This document shows, piece by piece, positions 61,048 through 64,000 of a stretch of 64,000 bases of DNA. Numbering within the stretch: position 1 is the first letter of the stretch; each line of letters starts with the position of its first letter. The stretch covers positions 52,413 to 116,412 of the forward strand of contig JBFMCP010000004.1 in the NCBI GenBank assembly GCA_040754455.1, in the 5' to 3' direction. The stretch comes from Nitrospirota bacterium (GTDB lineage Bacteria > Nitrospirota > Thermodesulfovibrionia > Thermodesulfovibrionales > Dissulfurispiraceae). Both the position numbers and the translations under genes were made by a program. The notes under the pieces are model-generated. The model was not told the DNA's origin and did no database searches. It worked only from the letters and a program-made list of their open reading frames with translations.

Positions 61048-61728
61048 ATGACGGTATTGGGTGAGGAATTAACGGATCTGGATGCTTTTATTCGGAGCGA
61101 GCGTTCCCGGAGCGACTGCTACCGGTTGCTTTCGGCGTGCTTTTATCAACCTGTGAGAGAACTTTTCATCGAGGAGGGACTTCTTAGGAACCTTGTGAGC
61201 GCACTGCGCACTGTCTGTCCTGAGGCGGCGGGATATGCCGATACCATAGAGGAGGCATATGCCCGGTACAACGATGAGGAGTTGCTGGTTGAGTATGCAC
61301 GACTTTTTGTGGGGCCCAACGAGTTGCTGGCAGCGCCGTACGGATCCGTGTACCTGGAGAAAGAGAGACGTGTGATGGGAGAGTCTACCCTGGAGACTAT
61401 CAAAATGTACCAGGAGGAAGGGCTCACTATCGATAGTGATTTCAGGGAACTGCCTGACCACATCACCGTTGAGCTCGAATTCATGTATTACCTGATAGCA
61501 AAAGAGATTGAGGCCCTTGCAAGAAATGAAGTGAGCGCCGCACATCAGCATATAAAAAAGCAGGAACATTTTATGAACAGTTTTCTCGGCAGGTGGACGG
61601 GACAATTCTGCGAAAAGATCAACGAGAATACCAAAAATGATTTTTATCGTACCCTTGCCGATTGTACCGCCGTTTTTATAAGAAATGAACTCCGCAGGGT
61701 CAATGCAGCGAAACTGCCCCACATATAG
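61048..61728 (+). CDS. TorD/DmsD-family molybdoenzyme chaperone (ArrD-like)
   Basis: EYARLFVGP, PYGSVYL, ELPDHITVELEFM. Confidence 0.92.
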   Translation: MTVLGEELTDLDAFIRSERSRSDCYRLLSACFYQPVRELFIEEGLLRNLVSALRTVCPEAAGYADTIEEAYARYNDEELLVEYARLFVGPNELLAAPYGSVYLEKERRVMGESTLETIKMYQEEGLTIDSDFRELPDHITVELEFMYYLIAKEIEALARNEVSAAHQHIKKQEHFMNSFLGRWTGQFCEKINENTKNDFYRTLADCTAVFIRNELRRVNAAKLPHI

Positions 61729-61739
61729 ACAGGAGCGTA

Positions 61740-62804
61740 GTGTTAAAAGAAAAAGTACTCGATAAAGCCCTGCAGTTTGAGAGCAGCATCAGGACCAACC
61801 GGTCACGATGTTTGAGAATGCGTTTCAACGGGTGCTCATGCAACCGTTGCATCGATCAGTGCCGTTCCGGCGCAATTTCCATAGACGAGGGAATCCGCGT
61901 GAGGGGAAATGCGTGCACGGAATGCATGCTCTGTGTGGCGGCATGTCCTTCGGACAGCTTTGAAATAAACGGTCTGGATTTTTACTCGTTACTGGGCAAA
62001 CTGAGAAGGATACCGTTTCCCATTCTGGGCTGTAAAGCACGACACGATCTTCTTGCCCATGAAAAGACCTTCTGCATGGGGTTTTTATCCGAAGAGCATT
62101 TGATTGCCCTTGCTGCGTTCATGAAAGCGCCGCTGCAGATGAATCTCACCAAATGTTCGGAATGCGGGAACGGCTTTGTAGCAGAGGTGTTGCAGAAAAG
62201 GCTGCAGGCCGTCAATGAAAAGACATCGCTGGGTATTTTCGACAAAATCAGACTGATTGATGATGCATCGAATCTAGACTACCGTGAGGTTTCGTTCGAT
62301 CGACGGGGATTCTTCAGGGCGTTGAAGGACTTAACCTTTTTGCATGCTGCTGGCCTTTTCGAAAATGAAACGACAGAAGGCAGTGGACAGGCATATTCCG
62401 CCAAAAAAATACCCTTTAAAAGGGATGTGCTGAACAGGGTGGTGAACGTGCTTCCTGGAAAGGACTCCCGGGAGTTGCTGAAAGCGTGCTATTATTCTGC
62501 CTCAATCAACGATAGCTGCAATAATTGCTTCGCCTGCGTGGGCATGTGCCCGAGCGGGGCACTGAAGATCACCACAAGCGAATCAGGCCCAGCACTGGCA
62601 TTCAGTAGCTCGCATTGTAGCGGATGCGGCCTGTGTGAGCTGTTTTGCATGAATGCCGCGCTTCACCTTATGAGGGGATTCACAGGAGATAATCCCTCTG
62701 CATTCAAAATGGTAAAGAGAATATCTACAGAAACGAAGATTGATGCGGAAACACATGCTGATCGGAACCGTAAAGGTATCGGAGGCGGCGAGGCATATGC
62801 ATAA
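61740..62804 (+). CDS. Polyferredoxin-like 4Fe-4S protein (arr accessory)
   Basis: N- and C-terminal CxxCxxCxxxC motifs; internal DRRGFF. Confidence 0.85.
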   Translation: MLKEKVLDKALQFESSIRTNRSRCLRMRFNGCSCNRCIDQCRSGAISIDEGIRVRGNACTECMLCVAACPSDSFEINGLDFYSLLGKLRRIPFPILGCKARHDLLAHEKTFCMGFLSEEHLIALAAFMKAPLQMNLTKCSECGNGFVAEVLQKRLQAVNEKTSLGIFDKIRLIDDASNLDYREVSFDRRGFFRALKDLTFLHAAGLFENETTEGSGQAYSAKKIPFKRDVLNRVVNVLPGKDSRELLKACYYSASINDSCNNCFACVGMCPSGALKITTSESGPALAFSSSHCSGCGLCELFCMNAALHLMRGFTGDNPSAFKMVKRISTETKIDAETHADRNRKGIGGGEAYA

Positions 62805-63129
62805 AGAGAACCTCGGAAAACTGGCGACATATCTCACGGTAAACAGCGTTGCCGTTCCTCTGAACGATTTTACGCAAAACTATATTGCAAATGTGCTCGG
62901 TGCCATCGTGCGGTCGTTCGGAGTGGAGTCGAGAAGGGTGACGGTTTCCATTGATAATGAAAAACTGCATATTCAGACGGAAAACGGCGATATCGACATC
63001 ACTGAGAGAGACTTTGCACGACAACTGGTGATGAATACCCTGAAAGGGGTATTGTCCCCCCTTAAAGGAGTGTTCTGGCTTCAGAAAATAGATATATCGT
63101 CAGCGGTGACTCGGCATAACACTCCATAA
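62797..63129 (+). CDS. Hypothetical protein with an internal duplication resembling the MobB C-terminal extension
   Basis: LTVNSVAVPLNDFTQNYIANVLGAIVRSF and IDITERDFARQLVMNTLKGVLSPLKG. Confidence 0.55.
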   Translation: MHKENLGKLATYLTVNSVAVPLNDFTQNYIANVLGAIVRSFGVESRRVTVSIDNEKLHIQTENGDIDITERDFARQLVMNTLKGVLSPLKGVFWLQKIDISSAVTRHNTP

Positions 63130-63216
63130 CACTCTTAAAGGCACGAGCCCTGAATCTTTAAATTCGTCCTTCGTGTCCCCACATTCTATTCACTGGGAAT
63201 TGCTGAATAAAGCCCA

Positions 63217-63244
63217 TTGACATTCCTTCGGTTAGTGATATTCT
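63217..63244 (+). promoter_or_regulatory. Candidate sigma70 promoter
   Basis: TTGACA-N16-TATTCT with an extended TG. Confidence 0.5.
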
Positions 63245-63322
63245 TTTTACAATAGGTGAGTTTTAGTTAAAAACTCTATCAGAACAGCGTCTGAAATCCC
63301 ACAAGAAGGAGGTTAGTGCCCC

Positions 63323-63718
63323 ATGGTTAGCTGTCTAAGGAATAAGGCGGTAATTTTTATGGCCCTGGTTTTTGCATTTGTTCCAATTGTTGTAATGGCG
63401 GTACACGAACCGACTCCCGACATGGAGCACGGTGAATCGGTGACTGCGGAACCCGCGCCGGTTCCGGGCAAAGTAGGTGGCGGAGATGTCGTTTTTCAGG
63501 TTAAGGGAGCTGCAAAGGTTACCTTCAGCCATGATAATCATGTAACAAATATAGGGCTTAAATGCACCGACTGCCATGACAAGCTCTATGTAACAAAGGA
63601 AAAGGACAAACCGGTCACGATGGTCCAGATGCAGAAACAGAAGAAATCCTGCGGCGCATGCCACGACGGGAAAAAGGCCTTTTCGGTCGCGGGCAACTGC
63701 GACAAGTGCCACAAATAA
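63323..63718 (+). CDS. c7-type triheme cytochrome c
   Basis: Signal peptide, VTFSHDNH, CTDCH, CGACHDGKKAF, CDKCH. Confidence 0.9.
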   Translation: MVSCLRNKAVIFMALVFAFVPIVVMAVHEPTPDMEHGESVTAEPAPVPGKVGGGDVVFQVKGAAKVTFSHDNHVTNIGLKCTDCHDKLYVTKEKDKPVTMVQMQKQKKSCGACHDGKKAFSVAGNCDKCHK

Positions 63719-63734
63719 CAGGGGGTGAACACTC

Positions 63735-63878
63735 ATGTATAACGGAAGAGATGAGTTGCACATTATCCAGGAAGATATAAAAAGGGCGTATGGGAAACCC
63801 GGCACAAAGTGGGCCATGCTGATTGACCTCAGAAGGTGCACTTCCTGCAAAGCCTGCACAGCCTCTTGCGTTGCCTAA
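63735..63878 (+). pseudogene. 5' fragment of an NrfC/DmsB-like 4Fe-4S protein, interrupted by an IS
   Basis: MYNGRDELHIIQEDIKRAYGKPGTKWAMLIDLRRCTSCKACTASCVA*; the stop codon is the first three bases of the IS end. Confidence 0.85.
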
Positions 63879-64000
63879 ACCCCTCCCCATTGTCAAGACA
63901 GAAAAATGGGTTGTATTTGGTGGATTAGCCTGCAGGCATCTCCATCATCATGGTTATTATTGCCGCCGAAGTAAACTTCATGCGGCGTCCGATATCCAAG
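63876..64000 (-). mobile_element. Right end of an IS3-family insertion sequence (continues past the window)
   Basis: Minus strand 64000-63893 reads LGYRTPHEVYF...FLS* (transposase C-terminus), ending in the IR-like CTGTCTTGACAATGGGGAGGGGTTTA. Confidence 0.8.

Noticed and set aside
63258..63276. Palindrome GAGTTTT-N5-AAAACTC upstream of the c7 gene
   Set aside because: Single short AT-rich dyad with no second copy or candidate regulator; could be chance.

Overview
Bacterial chromosome segment. Gene content suggests an anaerobic Nitrospirota/Thermodesulfovibrionia-like or Desulfobacterota-like organism; this is inference only. Positions 1-34.6 kb are mostly housekeeping and signalling genes: hrcA-grpE-dnaK-dnaJ-rsmE, a Zra-like sigma54 two-component system, an orphan PilB/GspE ATPase, a two-subunit fumarase, a CBS-PAS-GAF diguanylate cyclase, der, ntrYX-like, hisI, proA, nadD, ntrBC-like and rpsF-ssb-rpsR. 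This part also holds small pseudogene relics and a family of AT-rich dyad repeats. Positions 34.9-41 kb hold an uncharacterised module: an orphan PhnD-fold binding protein, a heme-c sensor kinase, a sigma54 activator and a multiheme cytochrome. Positions 41.5-64 kb are an arsenic island with four parts: (1) an arsC-less ars operon; (2) a YeeE-TusA-kinase-activator module driving a periplasmic rhodanese; (3) a tandem-domain AioX/ArrX-like sensor system; (4) a dedicated tatA plus respiratory arsenate reductase arrAB, its chaperone and ferredoxin, then a c7 cytochrome/Fe-S operon broken by an IS3-family insertion at the window edge. The best candidate for an undescribed system is the sulfur-relay module embedded between ars and arr, a possible thioarsenate sensing and desulfuration pathway. 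No database searches were run; all family calls come from motif recognition.
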